A DNA stretch of 63,614 nucleotides, filler included, from Octopus bimaculoides (lineage: Eukaryota), in NCBI RefSeq assembly GCF_001194135.2. It is 4 parts of 3 records of this genome, joined end to end, with 100 filler letters (N's around TTAATTAATTAA, not from the genome) between each part and the next. Parts side by side here need not be neighbours in the genome. Positions count along the whole stretch, not along the records: positions 36,301 to 61,111 come from NC_069006.1; positions 61,212 to 63,614 come from NC_068996.1; 2 more parts are not named here. One strand, 5' to 3'. Shown here in pieces: positions 51,620 through 63,614 of this stretch (within the stretch, counting starts at the first letter, position 1; each line of letters opens with the position of its first letter). The translations under genes were made by a program, and so were the position numbers. Under the pieces are notes generated by a model. That model was not told where the DNA came from. It saw nothing but the letters and a program-made list of their open reading frames with translations, and searched no databases.

Positions 51620-51988
51620 CGCATCATGTATACATATATATATACATAACATACATGTGTACAGACATAAATGCACACATACACACACATACACACGCAC
51701 ACACAATTACACGCATATATATAGACTTTATGCATGTATAGAATGGTGTTAAGCTAAAAGTTAGTCACCAACTGTTGCAACATACGATTTCATTTTTTTC
51801 CAATTATCAAACAACTTCCCATTAGTTTGCTTGATAATCGGGAACCCGAAACTTTTAGATTGTAGCAGAAGGAAGCTTAAAAGTCCAATTATGCACGTAT
51901 ATGTGTGTGTGTGTGTGTGTAGTTTGCCAGCCAGACAGATATAGAGAAATAGAAAGAAAACTATACATCTGGTAATGGATAATGAATG

Positions 51989-52020
<32 letters not shown>

Positions 52021-52750
52021 ACTGCATATACAAGGTTGTTTGATATAATTGGCCAGAGTGTGACCATTGGTTTCACACATATAACGTGTTCAGCTGTATA
52101 GACAATTCATAAGATTTAAATGGTTGGAGGCACATAACGTCTCTACAATGGGAGGGAGGAAAGCATATGGTCTGTTAATTTTGTAAACAAAATATCCGGA
52201 ACAAAACTAAACTGGAAAAACTTTGTGAGAGGCAGAACTATCCCTCTTCCATCGGTTCCAGCCATATGCATGATGATGCCTCATGCTGACAGCACTCTTC
52301 TGGTTCGCAAATAGAGTACTCCACGTTTTTAACGAATTTCCTCTGATGAGGGCACTGACTAAACATCTCTTTTTTGGAGTAAAAAAAAACGGTCTCTGGA
52401 TCAAGTGAGTATATATATATATATATATATATATATATNNNNNNNNNNNNNNNNNNNNNNNNNNNNNNNNNNNNNNNNNNNNNNNNNNNNNNNNNNNNNN
52501 NNNNNNNNNNNNNNNNNNNNNNNNNNNNNNNNNNNNNNNNNNNNNNNNNNNNNNNNNNNNNNNNNNNNNNNNNNNNNNNNNNNNNNNNNNNNNNNNNNNN
52601 NNNNNNNNNNNNNNNNNNNNNNNNNNNNNNNNNNNNNNNNNNNNNNNNNNNNNNNNNNNNNNNNNNNNNNNNNNNNNNNNNNNNNNNNNNNNNNNNNNNN
52701 NNNNNNNNNNNNNNNNNNNNNNNNNNNNNNNNNNNNNNNNNNNNNNNNNN

Positions 52751-52789
<39 letters not shown>

Positions 52790-52899
52790 GAGAAAGACTA
52801 GCTTAGCAAAAATTTAGATTCAGATGAATATGGTACTTAAGTTGAGGCACTAGAATTTAGTACGGTATTAACCATACAATTTCAAAATAAGGTGATTAA

Positions 52900-53088
52900 A
52901 ATCAAAATAAGCAACAAGGTTTTAGGTAAAATTATACTGATGTGTCCATCTATTTTACTTTAATTAAATTCTATGTCTTTATGCTCTGCATTTGAATTGA
53001 CGTAATGATTGCATTGTTCAATTAAATGGAGTTGCTTGAAACGATCGTACTGCATTACCTCTGGATATCCTTGTTGCTTATTTTGATT
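52900..53088. repeat. 20-bp perfect inverted repeat bounding the end of a repeat family shared with 13448
   Basis: aatcaaaataagcaacaagg (52900-52919) / ccttgttgcttattttgatt (53069-53088). Confidence 0.85.
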
Positions 53089-54284
53089 ATATATATATAT
53101 ATATATTGCACATATGTGCCTGTATGTAAGCTCATATGTGTGTGTGCATTTATTACCCAGCATTATCTATTTTCCCCACCCCTTTCATTTCTTTATCGAA
53201 CGACGTTAAAAATGAATTTATTGATATTTGTAATGTCAACATCTTGGTTAAGAGGGAGAGCTACAGCTTGTTATCATGACCTTTCATACATGCACTCAGT
53301 ATGACTAATACAGACATTTCTACCCGCAAACCCGCACGTCCGTCCGTCCGTCTGTCTGTCTATCTATGTTATGAAAATACATGCCACTGGTCATTTCGAG
53401 TAATTTACTTTCGCTCATTTTTTATTCCAATCTTGCAAATTATCAGCCAGAAATGTTTTCTACTCCCTCATGTATAAATCTAAGTCCTTTGGCTTCTAGA
53501 GATAAGATGAAATAATTGCTAAGCTAATGACGGTTATAGAGCCAGAAATACATATCCATCATTGTCGTTTTATCTCCAGACAATAAGCCTGTACATTACT
53601 TAAAGGCATGCCAGATTAGGAGAAATCTTAACTCTAGAGATTATCTCCCCATTTCAGCCAAAGCTGGTGTTAATTGCCATTTAGCAATTACGAAGGTAAT
53701 TTTAATGAAACAATGATTTATGTTGTATGGTATTTGATACACCTGTATAAATGTCATTGAAATAAATGCCACTAACCATTCTGAATTATTCCACTGAGCT
53801 CATTTATATATAGTAAACAAAGCTTTGGTCAGCCCGAGGTTATAGAAGACACTTGCCCAAGGTGCCACGTAGTAGGACTGAACCCAGAACTATGTGGTTA
53901 GGAAGTAAACGCCTTACCACACACACATGCATACAGGCATGTACACACAGACACACACACATATTTATAGAAACGCACACACATACGTCTGCACATGTAT
54001 GTTTACCCAGATGCTGGCACCTTCAAGAGAAGCTGTGTTTCTTTTGAACTTCAAGATCATTAAAATGTACTCTGATGATTTGGCAGTTTGATACAAACAC
54101 AAGTAGTTTAGTATGTACATTGATCCGAATATATAAAAAAAAAATCAATACTCTTTATAGGTAGTTCAATAGTTTATCTGAACTTGTAATTGTTCCAGTT
54201 TCTTAAACAATTAGGTGAATTTAAAGATATAATTACATGCGAATACACATGAAAATATATATGTTTGAATATACACACATAGAA

Positions 54285-54560
54285 ATATATAAGGATAAAT
54301 ATATACATATATAAATATATATTTATAAATGCATGAAAATATAAATATATATATGAATAGTATATCAATATAAGGATAAATATATACATATATAAATATA
54401 TATTTATAAATGCATGAAAATATAAATATATATATGAATAGTATATCAATATAAGGATANNNNNNNNNNATACATATATAAATATATATTTATAAATGCA
54501 TGAAAATATAAATATATATATATATATATATATATGAATAGTATATCAATATAAAAGCAT
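54285..54560. repeat. 81-bp AT-rich tandem minisatellite, about 3 units, with a 10-N gap
   Basis: aaggata recurs at 54291, 54372, 54453. Confidence 0.85.
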
Positions 54561-55684
54561 AAATATATGGATATAAATATATAGGTATGTGTAAATAAAT
54601 ATTTGTGTAGTCACATTTTACGCATTTGTATGTAGTTGGATGTGATCTGTCCATTTGCTGCGGAGATAGTCTTGGGGGTTATCATGCTACCGTGGGATAT
54701 TATTTACATTCAAAAATATAATACATATCGAAATATACACGCATAAAACATGCATACATGTGTGTGTGTCTGTACACCCACATGTAGATATATGTGTATA
54801 TATATATATCTTTGTATACATATATACGTTTATGTAAGTATATAACAATAAATATACTTATAAACATAGACATAGAGAGAGAGAGGGAGAGAGTGTGTGT
54901 ATATACCTGTGTTTATACAGGTATATCGTATAAATATTTAGTGTGTGTATGTGTTCAGATATATGAATACATACAGACACACACGCACGCGCGCACACAC
55001 ACATGATTAGAGGTATATTAATATCTATATATATGCATATTTATTTATCCATACTCACAGACGTGTGTGTGTATATATATATTTATATATATATATATAT
55101 AATTATACATATTTATATATGTCTGTTTGTATACATAAAACATCCCGTATGTGTGTGTGCATATATATATATATATACATACATGCATAATGTATATATA
55201 TATATATATATGTGTGTATGTATGTATATATATGTATGTGTGTGTGTGTATACGTGTGTACACACACACTTTTGACTGAAGCACACACACACTCACACAC
55301 GCACCCACAGGTATACATGATTGTGTGTTTGTTTGTGCTTTTGTAGGTGTGTATATTTTAGTCGGTGTGTGTCTCAGGTTGAACGAAACATCGAACAGAA
55401 CAAGATAAGAATTGTAAAACACTGCAACAACATACCTCACCTGAAACAGGTAGTGGGGGGGGGGCGGAGGGGCTAGCGCTTGCACACACACACACATGTA
55501 CGTACACGCACACACGTAGATGCACGTGTGTAGCCAGCGATATGTGGTGGGCAGTGGTGGTTGATGTTTGTTGCTGTACTCTGTGGAGTTGAGTAAGATA
55601 AATGTTAGAATAGAGTATTTACACGGGGGGCGGGGTGAGAGTGTGGTAATATGTGTGAGTGAGTGAGTGAGTGAGTGAGTGAGT

Positions 55685-55755
<71 letters not shown>

Positions 55756-56599
55756 GTTCAGGGTATAACAACTTTATGGAGATGGAAGTGGTGAAGATAA
55801 TGATGATGGTGATGATGGTAATGGTGGTGATGGTGGTTATTTGTAACGATGGTGATCACAATGACAATGATGGCGATAATGTCGGTTTCAACTTTTGGCA
55901 CAGGGCCAGCAGGTTCGGGGGGGGGTGTAAGTCGACTACATTGACCCCAGTATCTCAACTGGTACATTTTTTATTGACCCACCCAAAAGGATGAAAGGCA
56001 AAGTAAACCTCGGCGGAATTTGAACTCAGAACGTAAATTCGGACGAAACGCCGCTTAGCAATCTGGTTGGCATACTCTTTTACTCTTTACTCTTTTACTC
56101 TTTACTCTTTATTCTTTTACTCTTTTACTTGTTTCAGTCATTTGACTGCGGCCATGCTGGAGCACCGCCTTTAGTCAAGGAAATCGACCGTAGAACTTAT
56201 TCTTTGTAAGCCTAGTACTTATTCTATCGGTCCCTTTTGCCGAACCGCTAAGTTACGGGGACGTAAACGCACCAACATCGGTTGTCAAGCAATGTTGGGG
56301 TGGGGGGACAAATGCAGACATACAAACAAATACACACACATACATACATATATGTATATACATATATACGACGGGCTTCTTTCAGTTTCCGTCTACCAAA
56401 TCCACTCACAAGGCTTTGGTCAGCCCGAGGCTATAATAGAANNNNNNNNNNCACTCACAAGGCTTTGGTCAGCCCGAGGCTATAATAGAAGACACTTGCC
56501 CAAGGTGCCACGCAGTGGGACTGAACCCGGAACCATGTGGTAGGTAAGCAATCTACTTACCGCACAGCCACTCCTGCGCCTGTTCATCGTCTATTTTTA

Positions 56600-57240
56600 A
56601 CCAAATCCAGTAGCTTGCTTTCTCCAAAACAGGTATAGCTGTCTATAAAGTAAGACCAGAATCAGAGATCCATGGGCAAAAAATGGTTGTGGACCACTGT
56701 AGAGTCTACAGGCGTGGAAGTGCTGCCAGACGGTTCTGCTCGAAATGCGCACAGGGTGACAAAACCGTACTGCATGTGCTTGTGCAGCGTTCGACTATTG
56801 TTGACACGCGGAGTTATGTCGAACAGCTGTTGTCGCGAGTAAGACGAATGCGATTAAGAACCGAATCCATCGCGTGGATCACACCACCACCCACCTTTAA
56901 CAAGACAGGGGCAGAGGCAGTGTGCCTCCGTCTCGTGGCTATGGCGAAAGAAGTTGTTATGTGTCGGACGAGATTGAAAGTATTGAGAACAGGCGTCTTC
57001 CTCTTCGGTTAAGTCCTCATCGATTTAATTGAGTCCCACTTCGAAAGGAAAGTGAAAGTAGAGAGAAAAGGTGAGAGACTGGCAAAAATGGTTGACTGGA
57101 CCTACTCTGAGAATGCACTTGTAGACTGGAGAATAACGATTGGGAAAGGGCTTGTGCCCTTAATGACTAAGGTGACCCTGGATCTGTGGGTTTCCTAGAT
57201 CGGTCCTAGTCTAATGTTCTCCCTATTTAGGAGGACAGCA
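56600..57240 (+). mobile_element. Tx1/L1-type LINE 3' fragment (C-terminal zinc-binding region plus 3' UTR)
   Basis: CSKCAQGDKTVLHVLVQ..LVAMAKEVV..TRLKVL. Confidence 0.7.
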
Positions 57241-57874
57241 TCATATATGTATTTTTTATCTCTTTTTATCCTTCTAAAATTCCCTTTTTTTATATCTTTT
57301 ATCTTTTTAAAAATTCTTTTAGACTGCGGCCATACTGGAGCATCACCTTGCATGACTTTTTTGTCGAATGAATCGACCCTAGTACTTATTTTTTTAAAAG
57401 TCTATAACTTATTCTTTGATCACTTTTTCAAACCGCTAATTTGCGGGTACGTAAACACACCAACAGCGGTTGTCAAGCAGTGGTGGGGGTCAAACATAGA
57501 CAGACAGAAGGATACACACACACACACACACATACACACACATATATATGATGGGCTTCTTTCAGTTTCCGTCCACCAAATCCATTCACAAAACTTTGGT
57601 CAGCTTAAGGCTATAGTAAAAACACTTGCCCAAGGCACCAAGCAGTGGAACTGAACCCGGGACCATGCGGTTGGGAAGCAACCTTCTTAGCAACACAAAC
57701 ACGCCTGCACCTACGAGTTCACATATTTAGTGCTCTATCGATATTTTTATCTCATTTCCCTTCCTGTCCCTTTCTCCTCTTCGTTTGTTATGTAAACACC
57801 CAAACAAATTGTAAACTCTCCTTATCTGATAACCCTGTGGATAATAAAAAATGATAATAATAATTATTATTATT

Positions 57875-58434
57875 GAGTGAGAGAGCAGTGCATGCCTTCA
57901 AAGTGACACTGGGGTACAAATATACGAAGCCCATTATACCCATCATGACTACCCGTCTGATAAGGGTACACCAGGCACATGCATCACAACCATATGTGCG
58001 CGCCATGGTGATCTCATATCAAGATAAACTGCGCATAACCTTGCAGGTGGGGCCCAGTTAGAATTTTCTTCAGGTTGAGTAGCCCATCCCGCTCAAAAGG
58101 TCCCTGAATAAGGTTTGTTTAAGGATGTTGAGCGAAACACATATGTTTCCAAAGGTGAATTATTTAAACCCCAAAGAATTCCTTTCAACACATGGCTATG
58201 ATACTCACCCACTACTTCTGCTCGTGATCAGAGATGCACATATCGTCAGCCACCAAGGGACATGCTCAACTGGTTAAGGTCAAACAACTGACAAGCAAAT
58301 CTGTAGTATTAAGCAGAATATTTGATGCAGCCCATCTTTTATACCAAGACAAAACAATGTACATGATAACAACTTCCAATCAATTAAGATCAGAAGCCAT
58401 GAGAGCCACTGCCTGGTACTGCATCAGGGCATTT
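57875..58434. mobile_element. ~560-bp non-coding repeat flanked on both sides by (ATT)n
   Basis: Second copy at 39505; ATT repeats at about 57862-57874 and 58434-58480. Confidence 0.8.
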
Positions 58435-58910
58435 ATTATTATTATTATTATTATTATTATCATTATTATTATTATTATTATGGCGAGCTGGCAGAGTCGT
58501 TAGCACGCCGGGCTTAGCTGTATTATTATATATAATGGGTAGCTGTATATTATTTCGTCTACCGCTACGTTCTGAGTTCAAATTCCGCAGAGGTCGACTT
58601 TGACATTCATCCTTTTGGGGTCAATAAATTAAGTACCAGTTGCGTACAGGGTCGATCTTAATCGACTGAAATCTTTCCCATAAATTTCGGGCCTTGTGAC
58701 TAGAGTAGAAAATATTATTATTATTATTATTATGAAGCTCTCTAGCTTCTTTCAAGTTTCCTTTTTAGTAGTATCTTCCTTCATGACTTTTGTTTCTGCT
58801 TCCCTTCTCTTCTCTATCAACCTACCCGGCACCAACGACTTCTACCCCGCCATCTCAGTCCAGTACATCGACACCTGTGTACATTTACGATAACAGTTAA
58901 GGTTACTCAC

Positions 58911-59132
58911 CAAAATATCTAAGCGTAACTTATTATTTAACCCCACAAAAAAAACGAGAAGGTGACATTGCTTTATATTCGGATCCGTATCAGAACAAAA
59001 GAGCAAAATATTTTGTCTGTCTTTTTTATCTACCCTGATATTTTCTCTTTTAATACCCAGAATTTCCCACTGAAGTTTTGCAGATGTTGAAAATATTCTC
59101 GACGTATTGACCAGCTGGTTTACACCATTTGT
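58911..59132 (-). CDS. Candidate orphan coding exon (222 nt, phase 0-0): TNGVNQLVNTSRIFSTSAKLQWEILGIKRENIRVDKKDRQNILLFCSDTDPNIKQCHLLVFFVGLNNKLRLDIL
   Basis: ctctcccccacataaatttag acceptor, TTG|gtgagt donor, 74 open codons in AT-rich non-repeat DNA; no family recognised. Confidence 0.45.
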
Positions 59133-61111
59133 CTAAATTTATGTGGGGGAGAGAGAGAGAGGAAACGGGGGGGGGGAGAAAGAGTGTGAGTGTGTGTGTT
59201 GGGAGTGGGGATAACGTTTCTATCTTCAAAACTTGTCGGCTGTCTCTTTTGATGTATTTAGTTGTTCCAGGTGAACTGACGGTGGTGGTGGTGGTGGTAG
59301 TGGTAGTACTACTGGTGCTGGTGGTGGTTGCGTTACTGGATTGTATAGGTGGTAGTGTTGGCAGTGGTAGTGATTAATGGTAATGGTCGTTATCGGGTGG
59401 AGGTGGAGGTGATGGTTGTTGTAAATGTCGGATGATCGTGGGGGTAATGGCATCACCGATGTACAGTGGTGGGAGGGATGGCTGTAGTTGTTAGTGGGTA
59501 AATTACAACTATATATATAAAGGCGCAGGAGTGGCTGTGTGGTAAGTAGCTTGCTTACCGACCGCATTGTCCTGGGTTCAGTCTCACTGCGTGGTACCTT
59601 GGGCAAAAATCTTCTACTATATAGCCTCAGGCCGACCAAAGCCTTGTAACTGGATTTGGTAGACGGAAACTGGAAGAAGCCAGTCGTATATGTATATATA
59701 TGTATATGTATGTATGTGTATGTATCTGTGTTTTTTCTCCCACCAAAATCGCTTGACAACCGATGCTGGTGTGCTTGCGTCCCCGTATTCCAGCGGTTCG
59801 ACAAAAGGGACTGATAGAATAAGTACTAGGCTTACAAAGAATAAGCTCTGGGGTAGATTTGCTCGACTAAAGGCGGTGCTCCAGCATGGCCGCAGTCAAA
59901 TGACTGAAACAATTAAAAGAGTAAAAGAAGATTATATATNNNNNNNNNNNNNNNNNNNNNNNNNNNNNNNNNNNNNNNNNNNNNNNNNNNNNNNNNNNNN
60001 NNNNNNNNNNNNNNNNNNNNNNNNNNNNNNATATATAAAATACAAAATGGGACAAGAACGCAATACATCCAGACAGGTGATACAAAAAAAGGGACAACAA
60101 AACATCCAGACAGACGATACAAAGAAAGCAAGGACGGGTCATTCGGAGTTTTCTTTCCTCAGTCGAGTTCCAGATTATCTTTGCAATTTCGGCTGGTTAT
60201 ACTCGAGTTGCTCCAATCTGGCCATCCCCAAGGAAAAACAAAGCTAAGAGCTCTAGATTCCTTGGAAGAAAGCAGTGAATGTATACGAGAACAAGGACGG
60301 AGTGTGCGTGTGGTTGTGTGTTTGTTCGTTTATATATGAAGTTTTAATATATAAAGCAACTTAACTTTCAACTGAAGGATTACTGAATTCTATTTAGAGG
60401 AGCAACTATTGAAACTTTACGTATTAAGCTTTTACGAAGACATGTTTGACGGTAGCTTCGAAATTTTGAGTTTACTCTCTCTGTGTGTATATAAATATAA
60501 ATGTGTGTGTTTGTGTGTGTATGTGTGTGTATGAGAGAGAGAGAGAGAGAGACAGAGAGAGACAGAGATAGACAGAGATGGAGTGTATTTGCATGTGTGT
60601 GCGTGTATGTGTGTGTGTGAGCGAGAGTGAGAGACAGATGGAGTGCCTGTGTATGTGTGTGAATGAGAAATATGAATGTCAGAAAAGTAGTGGACATTAA
60701 AAGTCAGAGGGCTCCACTCCACTCAAAGCTCCACTCAAAGAAGAGACATAAGGTAGGGGAGACACATAAAACTCATATTCATGCAGAGGCAATCAGACAG
60801 GAGATGAGTGAGTCTGTGTGCGTATGTGTGTGCAAGTGTGTGAATGAGAGAAAGAGGGAGAGGAGAGAGAGAAAGAGGGAGAGGAGAGAGAGAAAGAGGG
60901 AGAGGAGAGAGAGAGAGATAGAGAGATAGAGAGAATGGGAGACAAATAGAATGATTGATATGAACATAGCCACTTCAAATATATTTGAAAGCTGACCCAT
61001 TATGTTTTCACAGTATTTCACTTCTCCCCTCCTGTTTCCTCTTCTCCGTTCCATTTATATACATACATATATATACATACACGTATATGTGTGTGTGCAA
61101 ACGCTGCTTCT

Positions 61112-61211
61112 NNNNNNNNNNNNNNNNNNNNNNNNNNNNNNNNNNNNNNNNNNNNTTAATTAATTAANNNNNNNNNNNNNNNNNNNNNNNNNNNNNNNNN
61201 NNNNNNNNNNN
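61112..61211. other. Artificial scaffold spacer 44N-TTAATTAATTAA-44N
   Basis: Same construct as the other two. Confidence 0.95.
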
Positions 61212-61566
61212 CAATCTCTGGATTTATGAGATTTAAATCCCACTGACGAACTTGCAGCCTGAAATACTTTTGTTTTGAAATCTTCCCATAAATTGTTTGG
61301 GTCAAGATTAATACTTTCTATAGCGTCGTGGAATCTTTGCAAGTTGCTTGATAATTTAAAGTTTGCAACGTTTAACTTTTTGGGTATCTTAGGACCAGAC
61401 TGTCGGTTTTTAGGTTTTATCGAAAAATCTATTTTGCCACGCAGTAGATGATGGTCAGTCCAGCTCTCTGCCCCTCTCATGACCCGAACGCTAGAAACGT
61501 CTTTCATATCACATTTCCTAATCAAAATATAATCTATGAGATGCCAGTGCTTAGATCTTGGGTGCA
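61212..61566 (-). mobile_element. RTE (BovB-like) endonuclease C-terminal fragment
   Basis: MHPRSKHWHLIDYILIR..VRVMRGAESWTDHHLLR. Confidence 0.9.
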
Positions 61567-61597
61567 TACATACATACATACATACATACATACATAC

Positions 61598-61818
61598 ATA
61601 CAAAGATTTTATGATGATAATCATAATTACAATTAGGGTTCTGCAAATCGCTTCACCACATACCGAAATTTAGAAATAGCAGTTAAATACTCTTCCACTA
61701 CCATAATATGTCTCCCAGAGAGCAGCATTTAACTGCTATTTCTAATTTTCGGTATGCGGTGATGCAATTTTGCTGAACTCTAATTGTAATTATGATTATA
61801 ATTATAAAATCTTTGTAT
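61598..61818. mobile_element. Foldback/MITE element with ~91-bp inverted arms and a 38-nt spacer
   Basis: 61598-61688 is the reverse complement of 61727-61818 with about 9 differences. Confidence 0.85.
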
Positions 61819-61924
61819 AAGTTTAACAATAATGGTTCTTTTAACATACCAAACTACTTGGTGAAATTATTAGTTGTTAATTATTAATTTTCACCCAATA
61901 TCAGTATATATATTGTATGAATAC

Positions 61925-62045
<121 letters not shown>

Positions 62046-62453
62046 AAATAAGACTGTGTAGAAAGAGTTTGTTCATATCAATTAACGATACTCGGAATTC
62101 CACATGTACATATGTACTAGTGTTTATCGTTGGTTCTTCTTCGATATTAGTACTTTACACTTTTGAAATTCCAGTTGTCGCTATAGATGTCTCCATCTTT
62201 TCTATATGGGAGAAAAATTTTTATAATTCAAAGAAAATAGAGAATGTATACACAGAATAATCAATATATTTATTATAAAAGTCAATTCATGTTGCCTACG
62301 TGCGTTTCGGTTTATTACTTAAATTCGTATTTATGCAAATAAATTGGATTATGAATTTGAAAAAGCAAAAACATTCATCACGGCAAAAAATTGACTGTTA
62401 TCAAGGTAAAAGAATTGACTGTTATTTTTTCATACATCCGTTCGGATGTGTGA

Positions 62454-62503
<50 letters not shown>

Positions 62504-62581
62504 NNNNNNNNNNNNNNNNNNNNNNNNNNNNNNNNNNNNNNNNNNNNNNNNNNNNNNNNNNNNNNNNNNNNNNNNNNNNNN

Positions 62582-62649
<68 letters not shown>

Positions 62650-63261
62650 AATACAAATTTAATATACTTGCATACACATATATATTTACCTGTATACTGA
62701 TTGTCCGGTAAAACATTTGGTTCGTGCATGCTCTCAAGAGAATTCGCTCTCTTGGAAGCACTCCGGCTAGGTTTCCGGTTAATGGACATCTTCCTCCATA
62801 AATGCAACAACACTTGGAGGTCTTGATGGATTCTTTGGTTCTGCCTTATTGTGGTGTATTAAAAAAATATATGTACATATATATGGGTGGGTGTGGGCAT
62901 AGGGAGACAGACAGACAGACAGAGAGCAATATATACACTTGTATAACACACATAGATTTAAACAGCTACATAAACATAGTTATGCTTACATATGCATTCC
63001 TTCACACGTGTACACATTAGTCAATCTATTAATTATAAAACACTCAATTCGATTTAGAAGTAGCAGCAGCAGCAGCAGCAGGAGCAGCAGCAGCAGTCGT
63101 CGTCGTCGTCGTCGTAGTAGTAGTAGTAGTAGAAACACCAGCAGCAGTAGTAATAGTAGTAATAAGGGGATGTTTCGAATTAATACTCAGTCAATGTGTA
63201 TATATGTATATATGTTCTATCCATCTATCTACTTATCTATCTATCTACCTGCCTGCCTAAA

Positions 63262-63614
63262 ATGCGTGCCTTAAGGAACGAAGGGATCGAAGCTGCGCCA
63301 GAAGCCCGGGTGGCGGAGGCGCAACGCGGTAACAGAGCCACCATTCGGTCTCTAATCGATGAACAGGGATGTAGTCTGCTCCAACCCGAAAGGATGTGTG
63401 GGGCCTTTCAACAGCACTTTGCTCGACTGTTCGGTGCGAGCGGTGAGTCGGAACGCAGGATGGACTTCACTGCCTACCTGACCGGCCTGCCGCGGCTCTC
63501 GGCGGGAGAGGCAGAGTGTTGTGAGGGTCCCATCACAGCTGCTGAAGTAAGGGATGCTATGGCGGGCTGCGCGAGGGATAAGTCACCTGGATTGGATGGT
63601 CTACCCTACGAGCT
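63262..63614 (+). mobile_element. 5'-truncated, apparently young Tx1/L1-type LINE ORF2, running off the window
   Basis: 117 open GC-rich codons ending CEGPITAAEVRDAMAGCARDKSPGLDGLPYE, the motif just upstream of the RT core. Confidence 0.85.

Noticed and set aside
51769-51875. Possible 107-nt minus-strand exon (FLLLQSKSFGFPIIKQTNGKLFDNWKKMKSYVATV)
   Set aside because: Weak gtgact donor, phase not compatible with the 58911 exon, and short enough to be chance; recheck if RNA-seq is available.
52338-52370. Hammerhead-like ctgatgag..aaac
   Set aside because: Stem II cannot form and GAAA is lost; at best a dead relic.
53030-53056. Half hammerhead GAAAC-GATC-GTA with palindromic stem III
   Set aside because: No CUGANGA core or stem II upstream in either copy of this repeat.
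55436-55440. Possible 5-nt minus-strand microexon (tttcag|GTGAG|gtatgt)
   Set aside because: Cannot be distinguished from chance without junction reads.
60130-60240. Penelope-pLTR-like segment with a possible minus-strand hammerhead remnant
   Set aside because: The core reads ttgggga rather than CUGANGA; too degenerate to call.
36500-61566. RT fragment at 36.5-37.3 kb and endonuclease fragment at 61.2-61.6 kb as halves of one split RTE element
   Set aside because: High-copy family, different scaffold blocks, no shared TSD or overlap.

Overview
Eukaryotic, AT-rich, microsatellite- and transposon-dense genomic DNA with many N gaps. The SINE/LINE content and gene structures point to an octopus (inference, not a database result). 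The window is four blocks (1-13034, 13135-36200, 36301-61111, 61212-63614) joined by identical artificial spacers (44 N + TTAATTAATTAA + 44 N), so adjacency across the joins is unproven. Block 1 holds nine phase-1/phase-1 exons of a modular extracellular protein (EGF x6 - vWA - EGF - vWA), incomplete at both ends. Block 2 holds two exons of a TESK-family kinase separated by a 10-kb TE-filled intron. Block 3 has one orphan open exon on the minus strand. The rest is SINEs, RTE/Tx1/CR1-L2/HERO/CRE/Penelope-like LINE fragments, a full-length mariner, a Helitron relic, MITEs and simple repeats. I found no rRNA, bona fide tRNA or CRISPR. The most unusual object is a ~470-bp GC-rich minus-strand unit in the TESK intron (about 18350-18820). 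It reads: 60-bp E-box repeats, then TATA, then an initiator, then a 98-nt RNA containing every hammerhead-ribozyme core element in a scrambled, pseudoknotted strand order with six helices. A separate minimal Penelope-type hammerhead lies in the sense direction in an intron of the EGF-vWA gene. All RNA-structure and activity claims come from manual pairing and are untested.
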